The notes under the pieces were generated by a model. The model searched no databases and was not told where the DNA came from. It was given only the letters and a program-made list of their open reading frames with translations. From the human T2T-CHM13v2.0 reference genome, Homo sapiens, in the NCBI GenBank assembly GCA_009914755.4, contig CP068257.2:10432001-10496000 (forward strand): DNA of 64,000 bases, written 5' to 3'. The position numbers and the translations under genes are program-made. Positions 1-14,885 of the stretch are shown here, piece after piece; the stretch's first letter is position 1, and every line of letters starts with the position of its first letter.

Positions 1-3000
1 TATGAAATGGACACGAATGGAATGAAATGGAATGGAATTAACTGGAATGGAATACAATGGAATTTTAATGGAAAGGAAACTAATGGAATGGAATGGAATG
101 GAATTGAATGGAATAGACTCGAATGGGATGGAATGTAATGGAACAGACTTGAATGGAATAGAATGGAATGGACTCGAATTGAATGGAATGGAATTGAATG
201 GACTCGAAAGGATTCGGCTGTAATACAATGGAATGCAATCCAATGGAATGGAATGGAATGGAATGGAACGGATTCAAATGGAATAGAATGGAATGGACTC
301 GAATTGAATGGAATGGAATTGAATGGACTCGAAAGGATTCGGATGTAATACAATGGAATGCAATCCAGTGGAATGGAATGGAATGGACTCGAGTGGAAAG
401 GATTGCAATGGAATGGACTCGAAGGAATGGAATGGAATTGATTCGAATGGGTTTGAAGGGAATGGACCCGAATGGAATGGAATGGACTGGAATTCAATGC
501 AATGGAATGGATTGGGCTCAAATGGAATGGAATGGAAAAGAATGGAATGGAATAGAATGGACTGGAGTGGAATGGGTTTGTATGGAATGGAATGGAACAG
601 AATGGACTCAAACAGAATACCATGGAATGGAATGGACTCAAATACAATGGAATGGAATGGACTCGAAAGGAATGGAATGGACTCGAACGGAATGGAGTGG
701 AATGGACTCATATGGAATGTAATGGCCCTCAATGGACTCGAATGGAATTAAATGTTATGGAATGGAATGAACTCGAATGGAATGTAACGTAAAGGAATGA
801 AATGTGCTCCAATGGAAAGGAATGGACTCTAAAGGAATGGAGTGGAATTGAATGGGTTGGAATGGAATGGAATGGAATGGAATGCAGTGGAATGGACACG
901 AATGGAATGCAGTTGAATTGAATGGACCCAAAAGTAATGGAATGGAATGTTATGGAATGCAGTGGTCTCGAATGGAATGGAATAGAATGAACTTGAATGG
1001 AATGGAACGGACTCGAATGCAATTGAGTGGAATGGACTGGACTCTAATGGAATGGCATGGAATGCACGCGAATGGAATGGAATGTTATGGAAAATAAAGG
1101 ACTCGAATGGAACGGAAAGAATGGAATGGACCAAAATGGAGTGGAATGGAATGCAATGGACTCTAATGGAATGGAATGGAATGGACCCGAGTGGAATGGA
1201 ATGGAATGGACTGAAATGGAATAGCATGGAATGGAATGGAGTCAAATGAAATGGAATGGAAGAGACTCAAGTAGAATGGCTTAGAATGGAATGGACTCGA
1301 CTGGAATGAAATGGAATGGACCAGAAATGAATGGAATGGAATGGAATGGAATGCAATGGAATGGAATGGAATGGAATGGAATGGAATGGAATGGAATGCA
1401 ATGGAATGGAATGGAATGGAATGGAATGGAATGGAATGGAATGGAATGGAATGGAATGCAATGGAATGGAATGGAATGCAATGGAATGGAATGGAATGGA
1501 ATGCAATGGAATGGAATGGAATGGAATGGAATGGAATGGAATGGAATGGAATGGACTCCAGTGGAATGGACTGGAATGGAATGGAATGGAATGGAATGGA
1601 CCCAAAAGGAATGGAATGGACTTGAATGGAATGGAAAGGAATGGAAAGGAATGGACTCGAATGGAATGGAATGGACTCAAATGGATTGGAATGCAATGGA
1701 CTCGAAAGGAATAGAAAAGACTCGAATGGAATGGAATGGACTGGACCCGAATGGAATGGAATGGACTGGAATGGAATGGAATGGAATGGAATGGAATGGA
1801 ATGGAATGGAATTGACTGGAATGGATTTGAATAGAATAGAATGGAATGGAATGGAATGGAATGGAATGGAATGGACACAAATGGAATGGAATTGAATGGA
1901 CTAAAATGGAATGGAATGGACTCGAATGGAATGGAACGGAATTTAATGGAATGGATTCTAATGGAATGGAGTCCAAAGGAATGGAATGGAATTGAATTGA
2001 ATGGAATAGAATGGAATATACTTGAATGGAAAGGAATGCAATGGAATGGACTCAAATGGAATGGAAAGGACTGGGCTCTAATGGAATGGAATGGAAATGA
2101 ATGGTCTCAAAAGGGATAGAATGGAATGCAAAGGAATGGAATCGAATGGAATGGAATGGATTTGACTCGAATGGAATTGAATGGTATGGTCACGAATGGA
2201 ATGGAATGGAGTGGAATGTACTCGAGTAGAATGGAATGGAAATGTATGGACTCGAATTGAATGGAGTTCAATGGAATGGACTTGAATGGAATGGAATGGA
2301 ATGGATTCGAATGGAATGGAGTTGAATGGAATGGACTGGAATGGAATGGAATGGATTCGAATGGAATGGTTTGGAATGGAATAGACACGAATGAAATGGA
2401 ATGGAATGGACTCAAATGGAATAGAATGGAATGGAATGGATTCGAATGGAATGGATTGGACTGGAGTGGAATGAAATTGAATGGAATGGAGTCGAATGGA
2501 ATATAATGGAATGGAATGGACTCGAATGGAATGGAAAAGAATGCAATCAAATGGAATAGAATGCAATGGACACGAATGGAATGGAGTAGAATGGAATGGA
2601 CTCGTATGGAATGGAGTGGCATGGACTTGAATGGAATGGAATTTAATTGAAAGGACTGGAAAGGAATTGAATGGAATGGACTCGAATGGAATGTAAAGGA
2701 AAGAAAAGGACTCGAATGGAATGGAATGGAATGGAAAGGAATGGACCCAATGGATAGGAATGGAGTGGAATGGAATGGAATGGAATGCATTCGAATGGAA
2801 TGGAATGGAATTGACTCGAATGGAATAGAAACGAATAGACTCGAATAGAATGGAAGGCAATGGAATGGACTCGATTGAAATGGAAAGGAATTTAGTGAAC
2901 TTGAATCAAACGGAATGTAATGTTATGGAATGGACTCCTATGGAATGGAGTGGAATGGCCCCGAATGGAATGTAATGGAACAGAAAGGAATGGGCTCGAA

Positions 3001-6000
3001 TTGAATGAAATGGAGTGGACCCGAATAGGGTAGAATGGGATGGATTGCATTCGAATGGAATGAAAGGGAATGGAACCGACTGGAATGGAATGGAATGGAA
3101 TGGAATGGAATGGAATGGAATGGAATGCAATGGAATGCAATGGAATGGAATGTTATGGATTTGATTGGACATGAATGGAATAGAATAGGATGGAATGGAA
3201 TGAATTAAAAAGGAATGGAATGGAATGGACTCCAATGGAATGGGAAGTCCAGGAACTGAATGGAATGGACTCAAATAGAATAAATTGGAATTTAAAGGAA
3301 TGCAATCCAGTGGAATGCAATGGAATGGTCTCGAATGGAATAGAATGGAATGGAACAGAATGGACTCGAATGGAATGCAATGGAATCGAATAGAATGGAA
3401 TGAAATGGACACGAAAGGAATGGAAAGGAATGCAATGAACTGGAATGGAATACAATGGAATTTTAATGGAAAGGACACTAATGGTGTGGAATGGAATGGA
3501 CTTGAATGGAATAGAATGGAAAACACTCATGGAATGGAATGGAATGGAATGGAATGGAATGGAATGGACACAAATGGAATACAATAGAATGGACTCGAAT
3601 GGAATGGAATGTAATTGGATGGACTCCAAAGGAGTCGGATGGAATACAATGGAATGGAATCCAATGGAATGAAATGGAATGGATTCGAATGGAATGGAAT
3701 GCAATGGAATGGACTCGAAGGAATGGAATGGAAATGACTCAAAAGGACTTGAAGGGAATGGACCCGAATGGAATGAAATGGAATGGAATGGACTCGAATT
3801 GAATCCAATGGAATGGATTTGCCTCAAATGGAATGGAATGGAATGGAATGGAAAAGAATGAAATGGAACAGAATGGACTGGATTGGAATGGGTTTGAATG
3901 GAATGGACTCGAATGGAATGGAATGGAATGGACTCAAATGTAATAGCGTGGAACGGAATGGATTCGAATACAATGGAATGGAATGGACTCAAATAGAATG
4001 GAATTAGCTCGAACGGAATGGAGTGGAATGGACCCATATGGGATGGAATTGTATTGAATGGACTAGGATGGAATTTGTTGTAACAGAGTGGAATGAACTC
4101 GAATGGAATGGAATGAAAATGAACGAAATGTGTTCGAATGGAATGGAATGGAATGGATTCGAATGGAATGGAGTGGAATGGAATGGAATGGAATGGAATG
4201 GAATGGACTTGAATGGAATGGATTGGAATATACTGGACTTGAATTGAATGCCATGGAATGCACCCAAATGGAATGGAATGTTATGGAAAATAATGGACTC
4301 GAATGTAATGGAATGGAAAGGAATGGACCAAATTGGATTGGAATGCAACGCAATGGAGTTGAATGGAATGGAATGGAATGGACTCTAATGGAATGGAATG
4401 GAAAGGAATGGAATGGAATGGACTGGAATAGAATAGCATGTAATGCAATTGACTCGAATGCAATGGAGAGGAATGGACTTGAATGGAATGGAATGGAGTC
4501 GAACAGAATGGATTGGACTGCACTTGAATGGAATGGAATGGAATTGAATGGACTCGAAAGGAATGGAATGTAACGGAACGGAATGAACTCGAATGGAATG
4601 GAATGGAAAGGAATGAACCTGAAAGGAATGGAATGGAATGGATTGGACTCGAATCGAATGGAATGGAATGCAATTAAATGGACTCAAATTGAAAGGAATG
4701 CAATGGACCCAAATGGAATGGAAAAGACTGGAATGGAATGGAATGCAATGGACTGGAATGGAATGGAATGGACTGGAATGGAAAGGAATGGATTCGAATG
4801 GAATACAAAGGAATGGAATGGACTGAAATGGAATGGAATTGAGTGGACTGAAATGGAGGGGAATGGACTCGAATGAATGGAATGGAATTTAATGAAATGG
4901 ATTCTAATGGAATGGAGACCAGTTGAATGGAATGGAATGGACTCGAATGGAATGTAAAGGAATATACTCGAAGGGAATGAAATGCAATGGAATAAACTCG
5001 AATGGAATGGAATGGAATGGGCTCGAAAGGAATGTAACGGAATTGAATGGTCTCGAATGTGATGGAATTGAATTCAATGGAATAGAATCAAATGAAATGG
5101 AATCGAATTCACTCGAATGGAATTGAAGGGTATGGACCCGTATGGAATGGAATGGAATGGAATGGACTCGAATAGTATGGAATGGAAAGATATGGACTCG
5201 AATGGAACGGAATTGAAAGGAATGGACTTGAATGGAATGGAATGGAATGGATTCGAATTGAATGGTTTGGAAAGGAATGCACTTGAATGGAAAGGAATCA
5301 AATGGAATATAATGGAATGCAATGGACTCGAATGGAATGGAATGGAATGGAATGGACCCAAATGGAATGGATTGGACAGGAATGCAATGCAATTGAATGG
5401 AATGGACTGGAATGGAATAGAATGGAAGGGAATGGACCGAAATGGAATGGAAATGTATGGACTCGAATGGAATAGAATGCAATGGACTCAAATGGAATGG
5501 AGTGGAGTGGAATGGACTCGAAAGAAATGGAGTGGCATGGACTCGAAAAGAATGGAATGGAATGGAATGGAATGGATTGGACTCGAAAGGATTGGAATGG
5601 AATGAACTCGAGTGGAATGGAATGGAATAGAATGGACACGAATGGAATGGAATGGAATGAAATTGAATGGATTCAAATTGAATGGAATGGAATGGAATGA
5701 AATGAACTCAAAGTTAATGGAATGGAAAGGAATGGACTCAACGGAATGGAATGGAATGGCCTCAAACGGAATGCAATTGAATTGAATTTACTTGAAAGAA
5801 ATATAATGGAATGGAATGGAATGGAATGGAATGGAATGGAATCAAATGGAATTAAATGGAATGGACTCGAATGGAATGGACTGGACTCGAATGGAATGGA
5901 ATGGACTGCACACAGGTGGAATGGAATGGACTCAGGTGGAATGGAATGGAATCCAATGGACTCGAGGGGAGTGGAGTGGAATGGACTCAAACGGTATGGA

Positions 6001-9000
6001 ACGGAATTGAATAGAATGGAAAGGAATGAAATGGACTCGACTGGAACGGAACGGCATGGAAATGAGTAGAACGTAATGGAATGGAAAAGAATGGACTCGA
6101 ACGGAATGGAAAGGACTCAAACGGAACGGAAATTACTCAAATGCAATGGAATGAACTCGAATGGAATGGAATGAAATGGAATGGACTTGAATGGAAAAGA
6201 ATGGAATTGAATGGAATGGACTTGAATGGAATGGAATGGACTCGAATTGAATTGAATGGAATGGACACGAATGGAGTGGAATGCAATTTAATGGATTCGT
6301 ATGGAATGGAATGGACTCGAATGTATTGGAATGGAATGGAAATGACTCGAATGGTTTGGAATGGAATTGAATGGACCCGAAAGGAAAGGAATGAGATACA
6401 ATGGAAAGGACTCGAATGAAATGGAATGGAATGCAATCGAAGTGAATGGAATGGATTCGAAGGGAATGAACTCGAATGGAACGGACCTGAATGGAATGGA
6501 ATGGGATGGTATGGACTCGAATGGAATATAATATAATGTACTCGAATGGAATGGTATGCAATGGAAAGACCTTGAATGAAATGGAATGGAGAGGACCTGA
6601 ATTGAATGGAATGGATTTGAATGGTCTCGAAAGAATGGAATGGAATGCAATGCAGTGGACTGGAATGCATTGGAATGGAATGGACTCAAATGGAATGGAA
6701 TGGACTAGAAAGGAATTGAGTGGAATGGAACAGACTCGAATGGAATGGACTCGATTGGAATTGAATGGAATGGAATGGACTTGAGCGGAACGGAATGGAA
6801 TGGACATGAATGGAAAGGAATGGCATGGACTCGAATGCAATGGAATGGAAAGGAATGGAAAGGAATTTATTGGAATGCAATGGAATGGAATGGAATGTTC
6901 TGGAATGCAGTGGAATGGAATGGGATTAAATGGAATGGAATGGAATGGAATGGACCTGAATAGAATGGAATGGAATGACTTGAATACAATGGAAGGGAAT
7001 GGACTCGAATGGAATGGAGTGGAATGCATTCGACTGGAATGGAATGGAATTGAATGGACTTGAATCAAATGGAATATAATGCAATGGACTCGAATGGAAT
7101 GGAATAGAATGGTCTCGAATGGAATGGAATGGAATGAACTCAAAGGGAATGAATGGAATTTAGTCAAATGCAATGGAATTGACTCAAATGGAATGGAGTG
7201 CAATTTAATGGACTCGAATGGAATGGAATGGAATGGAATTTAATGGACTCGAATGGAATGGAATGAAAAGGAATGGACTTGAATGGACTGGAATGGAATA
7301 AAGTGGACTCAAATGGATTGGAATGGAATTGAATGGACTCAAAAGGAAAGGAATGGAATACGACGGAATTGACTCAAATGGATTGGAATGGAATGCAGTA
7401 GAATGGAATGGAATGGACTCCAAAGGAATGGAGTGGAATGGAATGGACTCGAATGGATAAAATTGAATGGGATGGACTTGAATGGAATGGAATGGGATGG
7501 ACTTGAATGGAATGGCATGCAATGGAAAGTTCTTGAATGGAATGGAAAAGAAAGTATTCGAATGGAATGGAATGGAATTGAACGCACTCGAAAAAATGGA
7601 ATGGAATGCAATCAAATGGACTGGAATGGATTGGAATGGAATGGACTCGAATGGAATGGAATGGAATCGAAAGGAATGGAAAGGAATGGATTGGACTCCA
7701 ATGGAATGTAATGGAATAGACTCGAATGAAATTGAATGGAATGGAATGGACTCGAAAGGAATGGAATGTAATGGAACGGATATGAATGAAATGGAATTGA
7801 ATGGACTCAAATGCAATGGAATGGAATGGAATGCACTCGAATGCAATGGAATGGATTGGAATGGAATGGAATGGACCTGAATAGAATGGAAAGTAATGGA
7901 CTCCATAGGAATGGAATGTAATGGACGCGAATGGAATGAAATGGAAAGGAATGGAGCCTAATTGAATGGAATGAAATGCAACGGAATTGAATAGACTCGC
8001 ATGGAATTGAATGGAATGGAATGGATTCGAATGGAATGGAATGCAATGAAATGGAGACGAATGGAATGGAATGGAATGGAATGGAGGGAAGTTGAATAAA
8101 GTGGAATGGAATGGAATGAAATTGAATGGAATGGAATGAACTTGAATGGAATGGAATGGAATGAACACAGATGGAATGGAATGTAATGGAAAGGAATACA
8201 CTCAAATGTAATGCAATGTAATGTAATAGAAAGTAATGGACTCGAATTGAATGGAATGGAATGGACTCGAATGGAAAGGAAAGGTATCGAATGGAATAGA
8301 ATGGAATGGAATGGACTCCAGTGAAATGGAATGCACTCAAATGGAATGGAATGGAATGAAAAGAATGGAATGGACTCGAATGGAATGGATTGGAGTGGAA
8401 TGAACTCTAATGGAATGGAAGGTAATGGAATGGAATGGAGTCGAAAGGAATGGAATGGAATGGAAAGGAATGGACTCGAACAGAATGGAATGGAATACAA
8501 TGGATTCGAATGAAATGGAAAGGTATGGAATGGACTCGAATGGAATGGAATGGTCTCCAATGGAATGAAATGAAATGGAATGGAATGGAAAGAAATGGAA
8601 TGGAATGGAATGGACTCGAATGCAATGGGAGGGAAAGGACACAAATTCAATAGAATGGAATGGAAACTAATGTAATGGAATGAATTGGAATGGACTCGAA
8701 TGGAATGGAATGGAATGCAGTCAAATGGAATGGCATGGCATAGAACGGTTTGGAATGGAATGGAATCGAATGGAATGGAATGGAATGAAGTGGAATTGAC
8801 TTGAATGGATTAGAATGGACTCGAAAAGAATGGAATGGAATGGAATGGAATGGAATGGAATGGAATGGAATGGAATGGAATGGAATTTATTGGTCTCGAA
8901 TGGATTGGAATGGAATGGAATGGACTCGAATGCAATGGAATGGAATGGAATGGAATGGAATGGAATGGAATGGAATGGAATGGAATGGCATGGAATTGCC

Positions 9001-11587
9001 CTGAATCGAGTGGAGTGGAATGGAATGGAATCTAATGGAATAGAATGGAATGGACTTGAATTGAATGCAATGTAATTTAATGGACTCATAAGGAATGGAA
9101 TGAAATGCGATGGAATGGACTCGAATGGAATGGAATGGAATGCACCCGAATGGAATGGAATGGACTCGAATGGAATTGATTGGAATTTAATGGACTAGAA
9201 TGGATTTGAATAGAATGCACTCGAATGGAATGGAATGGACTCAAATGTAATGGAGTGGAATATAATGGAATAGAATGGAATGGAATGGAATGGAACGAAC
9301 TCAAATGGAATGGAGTGGAATGGGCTCGAATGGGATGGATTCGAATGGAATGGAATCGAATGGAATGGAATGGACTCTAATGGAACGTAATGGAATGGAC
9401 TCGAATGGAATGGAATGAAATGGAATCGATTGGAATTGAATGGAATGGAATGGACTCGAACGGAATCGAATATAATGGAACTGAAATGAATGGAAAAGAA
9501 CGTAACGGAAAGGAATCAAATGCAGTGGGATGGGATGGAATGGAATGGAATGGAATGGAATGGAATGGAATGGAATGGATTGGAATGGAATGGACCTGAG
9601 TGGAATGGAATTGAATGGACTCGACTGGAATTAAATGGAATGGAATGGAATGGACCTGAGTGGAATGGAATTGAATGGACTCGACTGGAATTAAATGGAA
9701 TGGAATGGACTCAAATGGCATGCAATGTACTCGAATAGAATTGAATGTAATGGACTCGAATGGAAAGTAATGGAATGGAATGGAATCTAATGGGATACAA
9801 TGGAATTTAATGGAATTGACTCGAATGGAATTGAATGGAATAGAACCGAATAGTGGAATGGACTAGAATAGAATGAAATGTAATGGACTCGAATGCAATG
9901 GAATGGAAAGGACTTGAATGGAATGCAATGGAATGGACTTGAATGGAATGGAATGGAATTGACTCGAATGGAATTGAATGGAATGGACAGAATGGAATGA
10001 ATTGGAATGGAATAGAATGGACTCGAATGGAATGGAATGGAATGGACTCGAATGAAATATAATGGATTTGATTGGACACAAAGGGAATGGAATGTACACG
10101 AGTGGAACGGACTCGAATGGAATGGAATGGAATGGAGGATTCAAAAGGAATAGAATGGATTGGAATGGACTCTAATGGAAAGGAATGGAATGGACTCGAA
10201 TGAAATGGAATGGACTCAAATAGAATGGAATGGAATCGAATCGAATAGAATGGAATGGAATGGAATGTCCTCGAATGGAATGAAATGGAATGGAGTCGAA
10301 TGGAATGGAGTAGAATGGAATGGACTCGAAAGGAGTGGAGTGGAATGGATTCGAATAAAAAGGATGGAATTGAATGGACTCAAATGGAGTGGAATGAACC
10401 GATTGGAATGGACTAGAATGGAATGAAATGTAATGGAATGAAATGGACTCGAATGGAATGGAATGGAATGAAATGGAATGGATTGGAATTTTATGTAATA
10501 TATTTGAATGGACTCGAATGGAATGCAATTGAATTGAATGGACTCGAAAGGAATTAAATGGCAAGGAATGGAATGGAATCGAATAGAATGGACTCAACTG
10601 GAATGGAATGGAATGGACTCGAATTGAAGGGAGTGCCCTCGAATGGAATGAATGGAATGGAATCAATTCGAGTGGAATGGAATACGGAATGTAACGGAAT
10701 GGACTCGGGTGGAATGGACTGGAATAGAATGGACTGGAATGGAATGGAATGCAACCGAAAGGAATGGACTGGAATGGAATGGACTCGAATGGAAAGGAAC
10801 GGATGGAATGCAATGGACTCGAATGGAATGGAATGGAATGGAGGGACTAGAGTTGAATAGAATACAATGGACTCGCATGGAACGGAATGCCCTCGAATGG
10901 AATGGAATGGAATGGAGTCAACTCGAGTGCAATGGAATATGTAATAGAATGGAATGGACACGAGTGGAATGGGCTGGAATGGAATGGAATAGAATGGAAT
11001 GGAATGCACTCGAATAGAATGTAATGGAATGGACTCGAATGGAATGGAATGGACACGAATGGAATGCAATGGAATAGACTAGAATGGAATGGAATAGAAT
11101 TGACTCGACTGGAATGGAATGGAGTCTAATAGAATGTAATGGAATGGAATGGAATGGAATGGAATGGAATGGAATGGACTCGAATGGAATGCAATGGAAT
11201 GGCCCCGAATGGATTGCAATGGAATTGACTCGAATGGAATGGAATGGAATGGAATAGACCCTAATGGAATGCAATGGAAAGGAATGGTATGTAGTCTAAT
11301 GGAGTGGAATGGAATGGACTGGAATGGACTCAAATGCAATGTAATGGAATTTAATGGACACGAATGGAATGGAATGGACTCGAATGGAATGGACGCGAAT
11401 GGAATGGAATAGAATGGATTCAAAAGGAATAGAATGGATTGTAATGGTCTCGAATGGAATAGAATGGAATGGAATGGACTCGAATAAAATAGAATAGAAT
11501 AGAATGGAATGGAATGGACTCGCATGGAATGAAATGGAATGGAGTCAAATGGAATGGAGTCTAAAGGATTCGAGTGAAATGGAATGG
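1..11587 (+). repeat. HSat3-type pentameric satellite array, (GGAAT)n on + strand equal to (CATTC)n on - strand, with frequent ACTCGAATGG and other diverged monomers
   Basis: Direct reading shows continuous aatgg/ggaat pentamers with interspersed 'actcgaatgg', 'gcaatgg', 'ggacacgaatgg' variants. Pure (GGAAT)n runs occur at e.g. 1330-1550 and 8830-8990. Every long + ORF reads MEWNG... and every - ORF reads HSIPF..., the 15-nt periodicity of a 5-mer. No orientation switch is seen. Confidence 0.92.
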
Positions 11588-12236
11588 AATTTTTTTTCTT
11601 TTTTTTATTTTGTTTTATTTTTTATTATACTTTAAGTTTTAGGGTACATGTGCTCATTGTGCAGGTTAGTTACATATGTATACATGTGCCATGCTGGTGC
11701 ACTGCACCCACTAACTCATCATCTAGCATTAAGTATATATCCCGATGCTATCCCTCCCCCCTCCCCCCACCCCACAACAGTCCCCAGAGTGTGATATTCC
11801 CCTTCCTGTGTCCATGTGATCTCATTGTTCAATTCCCACCTATGAGTGAGAATATGCGGTGTTTGGTTTTCTGTTCTTGCGATAGTTTACTGAGAATGAT
11901 GATTTCCAATTTCATGCATGTCCCTACAAAGGACATGAACTCATCATTTTTTATGGCTGCATAGTATTCCATGGTGTATATGTGCCACATTTTCTTGATC
12001 CAGTCTATCACTGTTGGACATTTGGGTTGGTTCCAAGTCTTTGCTATTGTGAATAATGCCGCAATAAACATACGTGTGCATGTGTCTTTATAGCAGCATG
12101 ATTTATATTCCTTTGGGTATATACCCAGTAATGGGATGGCTGGGTCAAATGGTATTTCTAGTTCTAGATCCCTGAGGAATCGCCACACTGTCTTCCACAA
12201 TGGTTGAACTAGTTTACAGTCCCACCAACAATGAAT
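11588..12236 (-). mobile_element. 5'-truncated LINE-1 3' end (ORF2 C-terminus + 3'UTR + poly-A) inserted antisense into the satellite
   Basis: The + strand starts with an interrupted poly-T (11588-11630), then 'tactttaagttttagggtacatgtgc', the reverse complement of the L1 3' terminus. The minus-strand ORF 11829-12479 ends ...[134 protein letters not shown], matching the L1 ORF2p C-terminus. Satellite resumes after 'caccaacaatg' at 12236. Confidence 0.88.
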
Positions 12237-13899
12237 TGAATGGACTCGAATGGAATGGAATGTAGCCGATTTGAATGGACTCGAATGGAAAGGAATGTAC
12301 TGGAATGATATGGACTCGAATTGAATGGAATGGATTGGAATGGAATGAAATGGACTCGAAAGGAATGGAATGGAATGGCATGAAATGGAATGCAATGTAA
12401 TGGAATGAAACGGAATGCAATGGAATGGAGTGAAATTGAATGGACTCGAATGGAATGCAATTGAATTGAATGGATTCAAAAGGAATGGAATGGAATGGAA
12501 TGGAATGTACTCGAATGGAATGGAATGGAATCAACTCGAGTGAAATATGGAAAGGAATGGAATGGACTCGAGTGGAATGGGCTGGAATGGAATGGACCCG
12601 AAAAGAATGGAGTAGAATGGAATGGACTCGAATGCAACGGACACGAATGCAATGCAATGGACTCGAATGGAATGGAAAGGAATGGATCCTAATGGAATGG
12701 AATGGAATGGACTTGAAAGGAATGGAAATGAATGGACCCGAATGAAATGGAATGGAATGTATTGGAATGTACTGGAATGGAATGGAATGAAATGGAGTGG
12801 AATGGACTTGCCTGGAATAGAATGGAATGGAACAGAACGGACTCGAAGGGAATGGAATGAAATGGACTCGAATGGAATAGAATTGAATGGAATCGAAAGG
12901 AATTGAGTGGAATGGAATGGGCTCGAATGGAATGGAATGTAAGGTACAAGAATAGAATGGAATGGACTAGAATAAAATGGAAGGAAACGGACCCAATTGG
13001 AATGGATGGGAATGGAATGGAATGGAATGTACTTGAATGGAATGGAACGGAATGGAATGTACTTGAATGGAATGGAATGGAATGGAATGGAATGGAATGC
13101 AATGGACTTGAATGGAAGAGAATGGAATGGAATGGAACGGACACGAACAGAATGCAGTGGAATGGACTCGAATGGAATGGAATAGACTCGAATGGAATGG
13201 AATGGAATTTAATTGAACGGACTCTAATGGAATGGAATCTAATGGAATGGAATGGAATGGACTCGAACTGAATAGAATGGAATGGACTCGAATGGAATGG
13301 AATGGAATGGACACGAAAGTAATGGAATGGAATGGATTTGAATGAAATGGAATGGAATTGAATGGTCTCGAAAGGAATGAAATGGAATGCAAAGGATTGG
13401 ACTTGAATGGAATTGAATGGTATTGACTCAAAGGGAATAGAATGGAATGCACCCTAATGGAATGGACTGGAATGGAATGGATTCGAATGGAATGGATTGG
13501 AATGGAATGGACCCAAATGGAATGGAATGGAATCTAATCGATTCGAGTGCAATGGAATGGAAAGGAATGGACCCGAATGGATTGGAATGGAATCTAATCG
13601 ATTTGAGTGCAATGGAATGGAAAGGAATGGACCCGAATGGATTGGAATGGAATTGCCTCGAATGGAATAAACGGAAAGGACTCAAATGCAATGCAATGGA
13701 ATGGATTCAAATGGAATGCAGTGGAAAGGAATCAAACGAAATGGAATGGAATTGATTGGACTTGAATCAAATGGAATGTAATGTTATGGAATGGACTAGA
13801 ATAGAATGGAATGAATGGAATGAAATGGAGTCGAATGGAATAGAATGGAATGGAGGCACTCGAATGAAATGGAATGGAATGGAAGAGAATGCAATGGAA

Positions 13900-14885
13900 T
13901 GAACTGGAATGGAATCTAATGGACTCGAAAGGAATGGAAAGGAATTTAATGGTATGGTGTCGAAAATCATGGAATGGAATGGACTCAAAAGTAATGGAAT
14001 GGAATTGAAAAGAAGTCAGAGGAATGGAAAGGAATAGTATGGGCATGAATGTAATTGAATGGAATGGAATGGAAAGAAATGGTATCGAATGGTATGGAAT
14101 GGAATGGACCCGAAAGGAATGGAAAGGAATGGAATGGAAAGGATTCGAATGGAGTAGAATGTAATGGAGTGGAGTGGAATGGAATGGAATGGACTCGAAT
14201 GGAATGGAATGGAATGTACCCGAATGGAATGGAATGGACAGGAATGGAATGCAATAATGTGGAATGGAAAGGACTTGAATGGAATAGAATGGAATGGAAT
14301 GGAATGGACTCAAAAGGAATGGGATGGAATGGACTCGAATGGAATGGAATGCACACGAATGGAATGGAATGGAGTCTAATGGACTTGAAAGGAATGGAAC
14401 GGAATTTAATGGTATGGTATCGAAAATAATGGAATGGAATGGACTCAGATGGAATGGAATGGACTCGAAAGTAGTGGAATGGAATTGAAAAGAAGTGAGT
14501 GGAATGGAATGGAATAGTATGGGCACGAATGTAATGTAATGGAACGGAATTGAAAGAAATGGACTGGAATGGAATGGAAAGAAATGGGCTCGAATGGAAT
14601 GGAATGGAATGGACATGAAAGGAATGGAAAGGAATGGAATGGAAGGGATTCGAATGGAGTAGAATGTAATGGAGTGGAGTGGAATGGAATGGAATGGACT
14701 CGAATGGAATGGAATGGAATGTACCCAAATGGAATGGAATGGACAGGAATGGAATGTAATAATGTCGAATGGAAAGGACTTGAATGGAATAGAATGGAAT
14801 GGAATGGAATGGACTCGAAAGGAATGGAATGGAATGGACTCAAATGGAATGGAATGGAACTTAAGGGAAAGGACTCTAATTGAAT
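13900..14885 (+). repeat. Two tandem copies of a ~0.5-kb satellite higher-order block
   Basis: Near-identical stretches begin 'aatctaatggactcgaaaggaatggaaaggaatttaatggtatggtgtcgaaaatcatgg' (~13910) and '...gagtctaatggacttgaaaggaatggaacggaatttaatggtatggtatcgaaaataatgg' (~14380). + ORFs 14055-14429 and 14569-14883 encode near-identical peptides. Offset is ~505-515 bp. Confidence 0.8.
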
